NCBI GenBank assembly: GCA_965221695.1
Contig: OZ244905.1
Span: forward strand, 3,360,001-3,424,000
Reading direction: 5' to 3'
Source: Gammaproteobacteria bacterium
GTDB lineage: Bacteria > Pseudomonadota > Gammaproteobacteria > Eutrophobiales > Eutrophobiaceae
Length of the DNA: 64,000 nucleotides
The translations under genes and the position numbers were made by a program. The notes under the pieces are model-generated. The model saw only the letters and a list, made by a program, of their open reading frames with translations, did not search any database and had not been told where the DNA came from. Shown in pieces: positions 9,055 to 17,827 of this stretch (positions are counted from its first letter, which is position 1; every line of letters begins with the position of its first letter).

Positions 9055-10496
9055 TGCCAGATAACGACATCACAAGACACAGCAGTCCCCTGGTGACAGA
9101 AACCGAGGTGCCGCTGCTGGAGAAGAGCATACTGATCATCGAGGATGAGTCGGTATTTGCCGGCGCGGTGCGCAAGCGATTGGCGCGCGCCGGGTACAAC
9201 GCCGAAGTCGCCGGCGACCTTGCGCAAGGCGCGGCAAAACTCAAGGAAACCACCCCGGACCTGTTGCTGCTGGACATGCGTCTGCCCGACGGTTCCGGCC
9301 TGGATTTTCTGTCCGGCTTGCAGGATAACGGCGAGAGCGCGTTTCCGGTACTGGTAATGTCCGCTTACGGCGAGATTGAAGACGCGGTGTCGGCGATGAA
9401 GTCGGGGGCGTCCGATTACCTGAAAAAACCGATCGACCTTGATGAACTGATAATTACCGTCGAGCGGGTCCTGGAACAGGCTGCGCTGTCCCGGAAGCTG
9501 ACCTATTCCAGCAAGCGCGAGCAACACTCCCATGAAGGTGTGGAATTCCTCGGCGAGAGTCCTGCGGTGACTGCCGTCAGGCAACAGATCGAACGCCTGC
9601 AACAGGTAACCGGCGCGGCGGTTCCGCCCACCATCCTGGTTCTGGGTGAGACCGGCGCCGGCAAGGACGTGGTAGCCCGGCTGCTGCATGCGAACAGCGC
9701 CCGCAGCGAACGCCCGTTCGTGCACGTGGATTGCGCAAGCCTGCCCAAGGACCTGATCGAGGCCGAGCTGTTTGGCCACGAGAAAGGCGCGTTCACCAGC
9801 GCGCACGCGGCCCGGACGGGCCTGATCGAGGCGGCGGAGGACGGGGTGTTGTTCATGGATGAAATCGGCGAATTACCGATGGATTTGCAGGCAAAATTAC
9901 TCGCGGTGCTAGAACGCAGAACCTTGAGGAAGGTCGGCGCCACCAAGGAACGCCCGGTGGCGGCCTGGATCATCGCGGCCACCAACCGGGATATCGCCGA
10001 CCTGGTGAACCGGGGCGAATTCCGTTCCGACCTGTATTACCGCCTGAACGTATTGTCGATTTCGCTGGCGCCGTTGCGCGATCGGGGCGATGATATAATC
10101 TTGCTGGCCAGGCATTTCATGGCCCAGAGCGCCAAACGCTACGGCATAAGCTCCCTGGGTCTTTCCGCGCAGGCCGTGCAAGCGCTCAAGGCATACCACT
10201 GGCCGGGCAACGTGCGTGAGTTGAAGCACATGATTGAACGGGCCGTATTACTGTCCGGAGAAGGCGAATTGTCTGCCGCCAGCCTGTCCTTGGCTGCCCC
10301 GGCACAGCCCGAGGTGGGGACGGACATCGGCAGCTCGCCCGTTGTCGAGGCTGATTTGACGCTGGATGACGCAGAGCTGCTGCTGATTAAAAATGCGCTG
10401 GATAAGTGTAACGGCAATGTGTCCAGGGCAGCCCGTGAACTGGGCATTACCCGCATGGCCCTGCGCTACCGGATTAAAAAACACAACCTTGATTGA
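9054..10496 (+). CDS. Sigma-54-dependent response regulator (NtrC/AtoC type)
   Basis: Receiver (IIEDE, LLDMRLPD), Walker A GETGAGK, ELFGHEKGAFTSA, WPGNVREL, Fis-type HTH. Confidence 0.95.
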   Translation: MPDNDITRHSSPLVTETEVPLLEKSILIIEDESVFAGAVRKRLARAGYNAEVAGDLAQGAAKLKETTPDLLLLDMRLPDGSGLDFLSGLQDNGESAFPVLVMSAYGEIEDAVSAMKSGASDYLKKPIDLDELIITVERVLEQAALSRKLTYSSKREQHSHEGVEFLGESPAVTAVRQQIERLQQVTGAAVPPTILVLGETGAGKDVVARLLHANSARSERPFVHVDCASLPKDLIEAELFGHEKGAFTSAHAARTGLIEAAEDGVLFMDEIGELPMDLQAKLLAVLERRTLRKVGATKERPVAAWIIAATNRDIADLVNRGEFRSDLYYRLNVLSISLAPLRDRGDDIILLARHFMAQSAKRYGISSLGLSAQAVQALKAYHWPGNVRELKHMIERAVLLSGEGELSAASLSLAAPAQPEVGTDIGSSPVVEADLTLDDAELLLIKNALDKCNGNVSRAARELGITRMALRYRIKKHNLD

Positions 10497-10703
10497 CGGG
10501 AGAGTGAGATGAACGAAGATACCAGACAAGCCATCGAAGCGGCCTCGTTCCGGCGCCTGGTCGGCTACCTGCGGGAACATAGCGAACGGATTAAACAACA
10601 CAACCTTGATTGACAGGAGAGTGAGATGAACGAAGATACCAGACAAGCCATCGAAGCAGCCTCGTTCCGGCGCCTGGTCGATTACCTGCGGGAACATACT
10701 GAG
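10470..10703 (+). repeat. 117-bp tandem duplication spanning the regulator stop codon and the DUF1244 start
   Basis: Units 10470-10586 and 10587-10703; about 8 mismatches by manual comparison, no indels. Confidence 0.92.
10509..10613 (+). pseudogene. Chimeric mini-ORF created by the duplication (DUF1244 N-terminus fused to regulator C-terminus)
   Basis: MNEDTRQAIEAASFRRLVGYLREHSERIKQHNLD*, with its own GGAG RBS copy. Confidence 0.6.
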
Positions 10704-10928
10704 GTGCAGAACATAGACCTGATGAACCTGGCCGGCTTTTGCCGCAACTGCCTGTCGAAATGGTACCGGGCAGCCGCCGAAGAGCGCGGCGTGGAACTGG
10801 ACTACGAGCAGGCCCGAGAAATCATCTACGGCATGCCCTACAGTGAATGGAAACACAAGCACCAGCAGGAAGCAACCCCGGAACAGGCGCAAGCCTATGC
10901 CGACCGACAAGCGCGGGAACAGGGATAA
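10626..10928 (+). CDS. DUF1244 domain protein
   Basis: IEAASFRRLV..LR...VQNIDLMNLAGFCRNCLSKWY...AREIIYGMPYSEWK..HQ is the family signature. Confidence 0.9.
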   Translation: MNEDTRQAIEAASFRRLVDYLREHTEVQNIDLMNLAGFCRNCLSKWYRAAAEERGVELDYEQAREIIYGMPYSEWKHKHQQEATPEQAQAYADRQAREQG

Positions 10929-11937
10929 ACCCAGCGCCATAGCCGCACTGGCGGGGACGCTGTGCCTGCTGTTCACCTGCTGGCAGGCTGCCACAGCAGG
11001 CACGCTGGAACAGGTGCGGGAACGCGGCAAGCTGCGTTGCGGCATTGTCGAGAGCAGCCCCGGTTTCAGCAGTATCGACGACTCCGGCCAGCGCGTCGGG
11101 TTTGACATCGACCATTGCAAGACCATATCGGCAGCGGTATTTGGCGATATCAGGATCGAATACGTACCGGTGACCCCGCATACGGTGTTTACCCTGCTGC
11201 AATCCGGCGAGATAGATATTTTCCCGGACGGCGCCACCTGGTCCTTCGTCCGCGACGTATCCCTGGGCCTGGATTACACCGGAGTCTACCTGTATGCCGG
11301 GCAGGGGTTCGTGGTGCGCCGGGATTCCGGGGTAAGGTCGATCAAAGACCTGGACGGCGCGACCATCTGTATCGCCCAGGGCACCACCCTGGAGCAGAAC
11401 ATCGCCGATTACTTTGCCGCACACGGCATGTCCTATACGCCCGTCACGTTCGCCGACATAGACAAGGGGTTGCAAGCCTATTACGCCGATCGTTGCGACA
11501 CATTCACCAATGAGCGCCTGTCCACGGCCGGGCGCATCGCCAACTGGCCGGATCGGGAAGACCACCTGATCCTGGACGAGGTGATCTCAAAAGAGCCTTT
11601 CGCCGCGCTGGTGCGCCAGGACGACCCGCGCTGGCGCGATATCGCGCTCTGGGCATTCAATGTCCGTTTTGCCGCCGAGGAACTGGGCATCAGCCAGGAC
11701 AATGTCGATGAGGTAAGGGAGAACTCGTCGAACGCGGAAATCCAGCGCCTGTTAGGCGCCCATGGCGGTTTCGGCGAAAAACTGGGCCTCTCCAACGACT
11801 GGGCATACCAGATCATCCGCCTGGTGGGGAACTACAACGATATGTGGGAACGAAACTTCAGCCCCCTGGGCGTAAAGAGAGGCCTGAACGCAAGCTGGAA
11901 GAACGGCGGCCTGCACTCCGCCTTGCCCTTCAGATGA
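10897..11937 (+). CDS. aapJ: General L-amino acid ABC transporter substrate-binding protein
   Basis: TLEQVRERGKLRCG, GFDIDHC, LQSGEID, GQGFVV, ISKEP, IRLVGNY, RGLNASW.NGGL; start codon uncertain. Confidence 0.85.
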   Translation: MPTDKRGNRDKPSAIAALAGTLCLLFTCWQAATAGTLEQVRERGKLRCGIVESSPGFSSIDDSGQRVGFDIDHCKTISAAVFGDIRIEYVPVTPHTVFTLLQSGEIDIFPDGATWSFVRDVSLGLDYTGVYLYAGQGFVVRRDSGVRSIKDLDGATICIAQGTTLEQNIADYFAAHGMSYTPVTFADIDKGLQAYYADRCDTFTNERLSTAGRIANWPDREDHLILDEVISKEPFAALVRQDDPRWRDIALWAFNVRFAAEELGISQDNVDEVRENSSNAEIQRLLGAHGGFGEKLGLSNDWAYQIIRLVGNYNDMWERNFSPLGVKRGLNASWKNGGLHSALPFR

Positions 11938-13103
11938 GAACAGGGGACAGTGTAATTAATCGGGATATTATTTATCAGGTCGTTCTGTTAATTGTCATCG
12001 CGGTCCTCATCTATCTGGTAGCGGTGACTACGCAGGCGAACCTGGCGCGTCTTGGTGTTGATTCCAGTATTGATTTCCTGTGGAAGCGGGCAGGCTTCGA
12101 GATCGGCCAGAAGCTGATTCCCTATGACGCCAATTCCACGATAGCCCGCGCGTTTGTAGTCGCGTTGCTCAATACCCTGCTGCTGGCCGCGGTCTCCATC
12201 GTGTGCGCCAGCATCCTGGGACTGTTCATCGGCATTGCCCGGCTCTCCCACAACTGGCTGGTATCCCGTCTTGCTCTTGTTTACATAGAAGTATTTCGTA
12301 ACATCCCCTCGCTGTTGCAGATATTCTTCTGGTATTTCGTTGTCCTGCGCACATTGCCGCGCAGTGGCGAGAGTATTGAATTCTTCGGCGCCATCTTCCT
12401 GAACAACCGCGGGTTGTTCGTGCCGTCGGTCAGTTTCGGGCAGGGCGCGTTCTGGATCGCCGCGGCGTTGCTGGCCGCCTGCGGCATGGTGTTTTGGCTG
12501 CGGCGGCAGGAACGGCGGCGTGCCGCCGGCCCCGGTCGGGTCCCTTCTGAATCCCGCAGTACCAATGCGCTTGCGTCCTGGAGCCTGTTGATCCTGGCAG
12601 GTATAGCCGGCGCCATCGTGTTGCTGGCCGGCGCCCAGGTCGAGATCCCGAGGGAAACCGCTTTCGGCTACCGCGGCGGTATCGTGATGATGCCGGAATT
12701 CCTGTCGCTGGTGGTGGGTCTGTCCATGTACAACGCAACCTATATCGGCGAAATTGTCCGTTCCGGTTTCGCGTCCATCCCGCGCGGCCAGGTCGAAGCA
12801 GCGGATTCGCTGGGCTTGCGGCGCTACCACACCATCCGCCTGGTGCTGTTCCCCCAGGCCCTGCGCGTGATCATACCGCCGCTTACAACCGTTTACCTGA
12901 ACCTGTTCAAAAGCACGTCCCTGGCCGCGGCCATCGCCTACCCCGAAGTAGTGTCGGTGTTTGTCGGCACCGTGAACAACCTGGTAGGGCAACCGCTGTT
13001 CATCATGGCGATTACCATGGCGGTGTATGCGTTTATCTCCCTGTGCATCGCGCTGTTCCTGAACTGGTACAACACAAGAATAGCGCTGACGGTGGCGCCA
13101 TGA
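11934..13103 (+). CDS. aapQ: Amino acid ABC transporter permease
   Basis: AGFEIGQ, LLNTLL, IARLS.NWL, EVFRNIP.LLQ, EIVRSG..SIPRGQ.EAA; ATGA overlap with aapJ. Confidence 0.88.
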   Translation: MRTGDSVINRDIIYQVVLLIVIAVLIYLVAVTTQANLARLGVDSSIDFLWKRAGFEIGQKLIPYDANSTIARAFVVALLNTLLLAAVSIVCASILGLFIGIARLSHNWLVSRLALVYIEVFRNIPSLLQIFFWYFVVLRTLPRSGESIEFFGAIFLNNRGLFVPSVSFGQGAFWIAAALLAACGMVFWLRRQERRRAAGPGRVPSESRSTNALASWSLLILAGIAGAIVLLAGAQVEIPRETAFGYRGGIVMMPEFLSLVVGLSMYNATYIGEIVRSGFASIPRGQVEAADSLGLRRYHTIRLVLFPQALRVIIPPLTTVYLNLFKSTSLAAAIAYPEVVSVFVGTVNNLVGQPLFIMAITMAVYAFISLCIALFLNWYNTRIALTVAP

Positions 13104-14158
13104 GTAGCTGGCTACGTAACAACTTGTTTTCTTCGCCGTTGAATACGGCGCTGACCCTGGTCTGCGCCGGTTTGATCGTTATGGTCGGCGTTCCGCTGGT
13201 CAACTGGTTGATTATCGACGCCTACTGGACCGGTTCAACTCCGGCGGACTGTCCCGACAAAACTGCTGCGTGCTGGCCGTTTGTGCGGGCGCGCTTTGAC
13301 CAGTTCATGTATGGCCTGTACCCGCAGGCCGAACGCTGGCGCGTGAACCTGGGCCTGGTATTAATCTTCCTCACGGCCCTGCCGCTGTTCATTCCACGGT
13401 TCCCGGGCAAGCGCTGGGCGTTGGCGCTGCCGCTGATAGCCTGGCCGCTGATCGGGACATTCCTGTTCCTGGGCGGTCATGGCGGGCTGGTCTATGTTGA
13501 GACCGGCAGTTGGGGCGGGTTCTTCCTCACCGTGATCACCGCGCTATTCGTGTTGTCCACCTCGTTGCCGATTGCCGTGATGCTTGCCCTGGGCAGGCGC
13601 TCATCGATCCCGCTGATACGGGTCTGCTGTGCGACCTGGATCGAGTTGTGGCGCAGTGTGCCGGCCCTGGTAGTCCTGTTCGTCGCGATCATCATGTTCC
13701 CGCTGTTCATGCCGGAAGAAATAAAGATCGACAAGCTGTTGCGCGCGCTGGGCGCGCTCACTATCCTGATGTCCTGCTACATGGCCGAAGCCATCCGCGG
13801 CGCGCTGCAATCCATTCCCAGAGGGCAGTTCGAGGCCGCCGAGGCGCTGGGCATGGGTTACTGGCAGCGCATGTTCCTGGTGATCCTGCCGCAGGCCTTT
13901 CCCGTGGCCTTGCCGCAGATAACGAGCAACTTCATCGGCCTGTTCAAGGAAACCACGGTGCTGCTGATCATCGGCCTGTTCGACCTGCTGGGCATGGTGC
14001 AGAGCGCCGCTTCCGACCCGGCCTGGCTAAGCCCCGGCGTCAGCGCCACCGGTTACCTGTTCGCGGCCGTGTTTTTCTGGTCATTCGGCTTCGGCCTGTC
14101 CCGATACAGCGCCTGGCTCGAAAGGAAGGCATCCATCTACAAGGCGCGTGCAGGCTGA
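13100..14158 (+). CDS. aapM: Amino acid ABC transporter permease
   Basis: WLRNNLFSS, ACWPFV, GLYPQAERWR, LALGRRS, AEAIRGALQSIPRGQFEAA, FIGLFKET; ATGA overlap. Confidence 0.88.
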   Translation: MSSWLRNNLFSSPLNTALTLVCAGLIVMVGVPLVNWLIIDAYWTGSTPADCPDKTAACWPFVRARFDQFMYGLYPQAERWRVNLGLVLIFLTALPLFIPRFPGKRWALALPLIAWPLIGTFLFLGGHGGLVYVETGSWGGFFLTVITALFVLSTSLPIAVMLALGRRSSIPLIRVCCATWIELWRSVPALVVLFVAIIMFPLFMPEEIKIDKLLRALGALTILMSCYMAEAIRGALQSIPRGQFEAAEALGMGYWQRMFLVILPQAFPVALPQITSNFIGLFKETTVLLIIGLFDLLGMVQSAASDPAWLSPGVSATGYLFAAVFFWSFGFGLSRYSAWLERKASIYKARAG

Positions 14159-14197
14159 AGTCTTTGCGTTGATCGATAATCAGCTTTGTCCTTCCGA

Positions 14198-14252
14198 ATC
14201 ACCCGAAAAGGGTTATCTTCACCTCTGGCCGTTATCACCCATCGTGGGTAAT
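14198..14252. promoter_or_regulatory. Two copies of a candidate activator-binding palindrome upstream of the hydantoin/DUF917 operon
   Basis: ATCACCC-GAAAA-GGGTTAT (14198-14216) and ATCACCC-ATCGT-GGGTAAT (14234-14252), 36 bp apart. Confidence 0.5.
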
Positions 14253-14413
14253 TGTCATTCCCCACCCAAATCCGTATAAATCACAATAGATTTACAACAA
14301 TTGCGGCATTATTGACTATCTGACCCGGATATAGCGCCGCCCACTTGGAGCAAAACAACAATGGTTGCCTGTTCGTAGAGATATTTGGCAAAAAGTCGAA
14401 GGGGAGACCTACG

Positions 14414-15127
14414 ATGAAACATGAAATTCGGCTATGTGTGCCGATTACCACTGAAGGGTTGCGCCTGGAGGAAGACGTACAAGGTCATGGAGGCCATGAT
14501 ACCCTCATCAGTGTGCGTATACTAAAGGAAGGACCACCCTCGATAGAAAGCCATGTTGATGAATTGCTCGCCGTTCCCGATCTCATTCGCTTGGCCAGGG
14601 AAGCAGAGGAAGAAGGAGTCGATGCAGTCATCATAGATTGCATGGGTGACCCTGGCCTTAGCGCGGTCAGGGAGGCCGTTTCCATTTCTGTTTATGGTCC
14701 CGCACAGACATCCATGCATGTGGCTTCCATACTGGGTCGCCGATTCGGAGTCGTCACTGTTCTAAAACGCTTGCATCCACTGATACGCGAGCTGGCGGTG
14801 CATTATGGTGTTGAGCGTAGCATGGTCTCTCCCCGTTCAGTGGAGATTCCCGTTCTGGAAATCGAAAAGGAACCGGAACGCCTACAGCAATTGTTTATCA
14901 AGGAAGCAATAAAAGCGGTGGAGCAGGAAGATGCGGACGTTATCATCCTCGGCTGTACCGGATTTTATGGCATGACAGAGAAGATTGAAGCGGGGTTAAA
15001 GGATGCCGGTATTGAGGGTGTCCCCGTACTTGACCCCATACCGGTAACGATCGAATTCGCTGCTGCCATGTTGCATAGCAATCTCTCACATAGCAAGCGG
15101 GCATTCCCGATACCACGGGAGAAATAG
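14414..15127 (+). CDS. Asp/Glu/hydantoin racemase family protein
   Basis: GPPSIES, DAVIIDCMGDPG, IILGCTG (two catalytic Cys), HSKRAFP; GGGGAG RBS before ATG 14414. Confidence 0.9.
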   Translation: MKHEIRLCVPITTEGLRLEEDVQGHGGHDTLISVRILKEGPPSIESHVDELLAVPDLIRLAREAEEEGVDAVIIDCMGDPGLSAVREAVSISVYGPAQTSMHVASILGRRFGVVTVLKRLHPLIRELAVHYGVERSMVSPRSVEIPVLEIEKEPERLQQLFIKEAIKAVEQEDADVIILGCTGFYGMTEKIEAGLKDAGIEGVPVLDPIPVTIEFAAAMLHSNLSHSKRAFPIPREK

Positions 15128-15132
15128 ACTAG

Positions 15133-16704
15133 ATGCGCATAGGCGTTGATGTTGGTGGTACTAATACTGATGCCGTGCTGATGAATGGCGCAGAAGTACT
15201 TGCCACCAACAAGTCACCTACTACCGAAGATATCAGCAGTGGCATAGTCGCGGCTATTCGTTCCTTGCTCGAAGGAAGTGAAATATCAGCCGCTGAAATT
15301 GAGCAGGTCATGATCGGGACTACTCATTTTACCAATGCTTTTGTTGAGTGTCGTGATCTGCGGGAAGTGGGGATACTCCGGCTGGGCCTCCCGGCAACAG
15401 CGGCCATTCCACCTCTGACGGACTGGCCGGACGATCTCGCAGACGCTATGGGGCGTCACATCTATCTGGTCGATGGCGGATATGAGTACGACGGTCGCGA
15501 AATTTCGTCGTTTAACGAAAAGCAGGTAATGAAGGCCGCCCGTGATTTGCGATCGAACTGTATTGAGGCTGTGGCTATCTCCTGCGTCTTCTCAACGGTA
15601 AACGGCGCCATGGAAGCACGAGCTGCCGAGATACTGCGCAATGAATTACCAGGTGCATTCATCGCCTGTTCCAGCGATATAGGTAGCACAGGACTTCTGG
15701 CGCGGGAAAATGCCACGATCATCAACTGTAGCCTTTCAACATTAGCTGGCCAAGTCATGGAGTCCTTCAGTGACGCACTGAACTGTCTCGGTATCCAAGC
15801 GCCCTTGTACATAAGCCAGAACGACGGCACGCTTATGAATGCTGATTTTGCCGCCCGTTTTCCAGTGTTGACCTTCGCTTCAGGCCCCACCAACAGCATG
15901 CGTGGGGCGGCCTATTTATCCGGTGAGAAGAATGCCATCGTGGTCGATATTGGTGGGACTACCTCGGATGTGGGCATGTTGACAAACGGCTTTCCGCGAC
16001 AGACCGCCTCTGAAGTCAGATTCAGCGGTGTGCGCACGAATTTTCGTATGCCGGACATCCTTTCCATCGGGTTGGGTGGGGGTAGTATCGTGCGCCTGAA
16101 TGATCCCGTGAGCATCGGTCCCGACTCAGTAGGATATGAGCTATTGCAGGAAGCGCTCATTTTTGATGGTTTCACGTTAACTGCTACCGATGTCTCCGTT
16201 GCATTGCACAAACTGGATATCGGTGACTCATCCAAGGTGGAGCATCTGGACAAAAAACTCTTGGGTGACTGTAGCGATATCATCCACGATTGTCTGGACA
16301 CAGCCATTGATCGTATTAAGGCCAATGCGGAAGCGTTGCCCGTCGTACTGGTGGGCGGTGGTAGCATCCTTGTTCAGCGTTCGCTTGCACGGGCCTCCAT
16401 GATGATCACACCAGACCATTTCGAAGTGGCCAATGCTATCGGCGCCTCCATCGCCCAGATAAGTGGCGACGTCGACAATGTCTACACATATGAATCAATT
16501 AATCGCGAACAGGCGCTTGAGGCGGCAAAGGCCGAGGCAACCCGGAACGCTATTAATGCCGGCGCTGAGGAGGAGAGTATAGAAATCGTGATGTTGGAAG
16601 AGATCCCTCTTGCCTATATGCCGGGTGGAGCGGTGAGGGTGCAGGTGAAAGCAGTCGGCGAATTAGCGAATTCCGTTACAGAGGATTCAGGAAATGGAAA
16701 TTAA
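15133..16704 (+). CDS. Hydantoinase/oxoprolinase family protein (short HyuA-like form)
   Basis: RIGVDVGGTNTDAV, GTTHFTNA, SQNDGTL, SGPTNSMRGA, VDIGGTTSD, ANAIGA. Confidence 0.9.
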   Translation: MRIGVDVGGTNTDAVLMNGAEVLATNKSPTTEDISSGIVAAIRSLLEGSEISAAEIEQVMIGTTHFTNAFVECRDLREVGILRLGLPATAAIPPLTDWPDDLADAMGRHIYLVDGGYEYDGREISSFNEKQVMKAARDLRSNCIEAVAISCVFSTVNGAMEARAAEILRNELPGAFIACSSDIGSTGLLARENATIINCSLSTLAGQVMESFSDALNCLGIQAPLYISQNDGTLMNADFAARFPVLTFASGPTNSMRGAAYLSGEKNAIVVDIGGTTSDVGMLTNGFPRQTASEVRFSGVRTNFRMPDILSIGLGGGSIVRLNDPVSIGPDSVGYELLQEALIFDGFTLTATDVSVALHKLDIGDSSKVEHLDKKLLGDCSDIIHDCLDTAIDRIKANAEALPVVLVGGGSILVQRSLARASMMITPDHFEVANAIGASIAQISGDVDNVYTYESINREQALEAAKAEATRNAINAGAEEESIEIVMLEEIPLAYMPGGAVRVQVKAVGELANSVTEDSGNGN

Positions 16705-17803
16705 GTCATCGGATATTGAAAACCTTGCGCGGGGCGCTGCCTTCCTCGGTTCCGGCGGCGGGGGAGATCCCTATATCGGCGGCTTGTTGCTGGAAAAGGC
16801 CATCGAAGTTGGACAACCACCGACAATTATTTCAATCGACGATATCGGTGATGATGCTGTGGTAGTACCAATTGCCATGATGGGGGCGCCGACGGTCATG
16901 CTGGAGAAACTACCTAATGGCGCTGAGCCCGAAAAGGTCTTGCGCCGTTTTGAAGAACGTCTGGGCAAACGGGCAACCGCTCTGGTAGCAGCCGAAATTG
17001 GTGGTTTGAATGCGCTTCTTCCGCTTATCGCCGCTGCCCGTCTCGGACTTCCCGTCGTCGACGGTGACGGTATGGGCCGCGCTTTCCCTGAATTGCAGAT
17101 GGTTACTTTTAACATTTTCGGTGTGCCCATCACGCCTATGATTATGACGGACGAGCATGGTAATACCGTAGCCGTGGACTGTGCCAAGGGTGAAGATGCT
17201 GAACGCATTGCCAGGCATATAGTAATTTCCATGGGTGGGGCAAGCCACATCTGCCTTTATTCCATGACTGGCCGACAAGCGAAGGATAGTATCGTCAGAG
17301 ATACACTAAGTTTGGCCTTAGGGATAGGCGAGAGTATAAGTTCAGCCCGTACCTCGTCTACTGACCCTGTCAATTCCCTGATCGATTACTTGCGTTCAAC
17401 GACCTATTACAAAAACTGTGGTGAAGTTTTCAACGGCAAGATCGTCGATCTGCTCAGGGAAACCAGGCGCGGCTTCGCTATCGGTCGGGTCATCATAGAA
17501 AGTGTCAATCGATCATCAGACTATTTGGAAATCGAATTCCAGAATGAAAACCTGATTGCCAGGATAAGTGGCGAGACCCGGGTTATCGTGCCGGACCTTA
17601 TTTGTATTGTTGAACAGGACACCGCGGAACCCATAACCACCGAATCCCTACGCTACGGGCAGCGAGTCAGGGTTATTGGTGTGGGCGCCGCGCCCATTAT
17701 GCGTACCGATGCAGCGCTCCATATATTCGGACCTGATAAGTTCGGCTACGACGAACCGTTCATACCGGTGGAGGATTTAAATGATTTTCATACTGATTTA
17801 TAA
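16694..17803 (+). CDS. DUF917 family protein (thiohydantoin desulfurase-like)
   Basis: GAAFLGSGGGGDP, MMGAPTV..EK, EIGGLN, VDGDGMGRAFPELQM, FQNENL, PDLI, TESLRYGQRV. Confidence 0.88.
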   Translation: MEIKSSDIENLARGAAFLGSGGGGDPYIGGLLLEKAIEVGQPPTIISIDDIGDDAVVVPIAMMGAPTVMLEKLPNGAEPEKVLRRFEERLGKRATALVAAEIGGLNALLPLIAAARLGLPVVDGDGMGRAFPELQMVTFNIFGVPITPMIMTDEHGNTVAVDCAKGEDAERIARHIVISMGGASHICLYSMTGRQAKDSIVRDTLSLALGIGESISSARTSSTDPVNSLIDYLRSTTYYKNCGEVFNGKIVDLLRETRRGFAIGRVIIESVNRSSDYLEIEFQNENLIARISGETRVIVPDLICIVEQDTAEPITTESLRYGQRVRVIGVGAAPIMRTDAALHIFGPDKFGYDEPFIPVEDLNDFHTDL

Positions 17804-17827
17804 CAAACAATTTAACGGGGTTAACTT

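Noticed and set aside
10494-10613. In-frame TGA codons as selenocysteine
   Set aside because: The TGAs fall at the natural C-termini of complete proteins, not at Cys-equivalent positions, and no SECIS-like hairpin was recognised; the same holds at 55706 and 55850.
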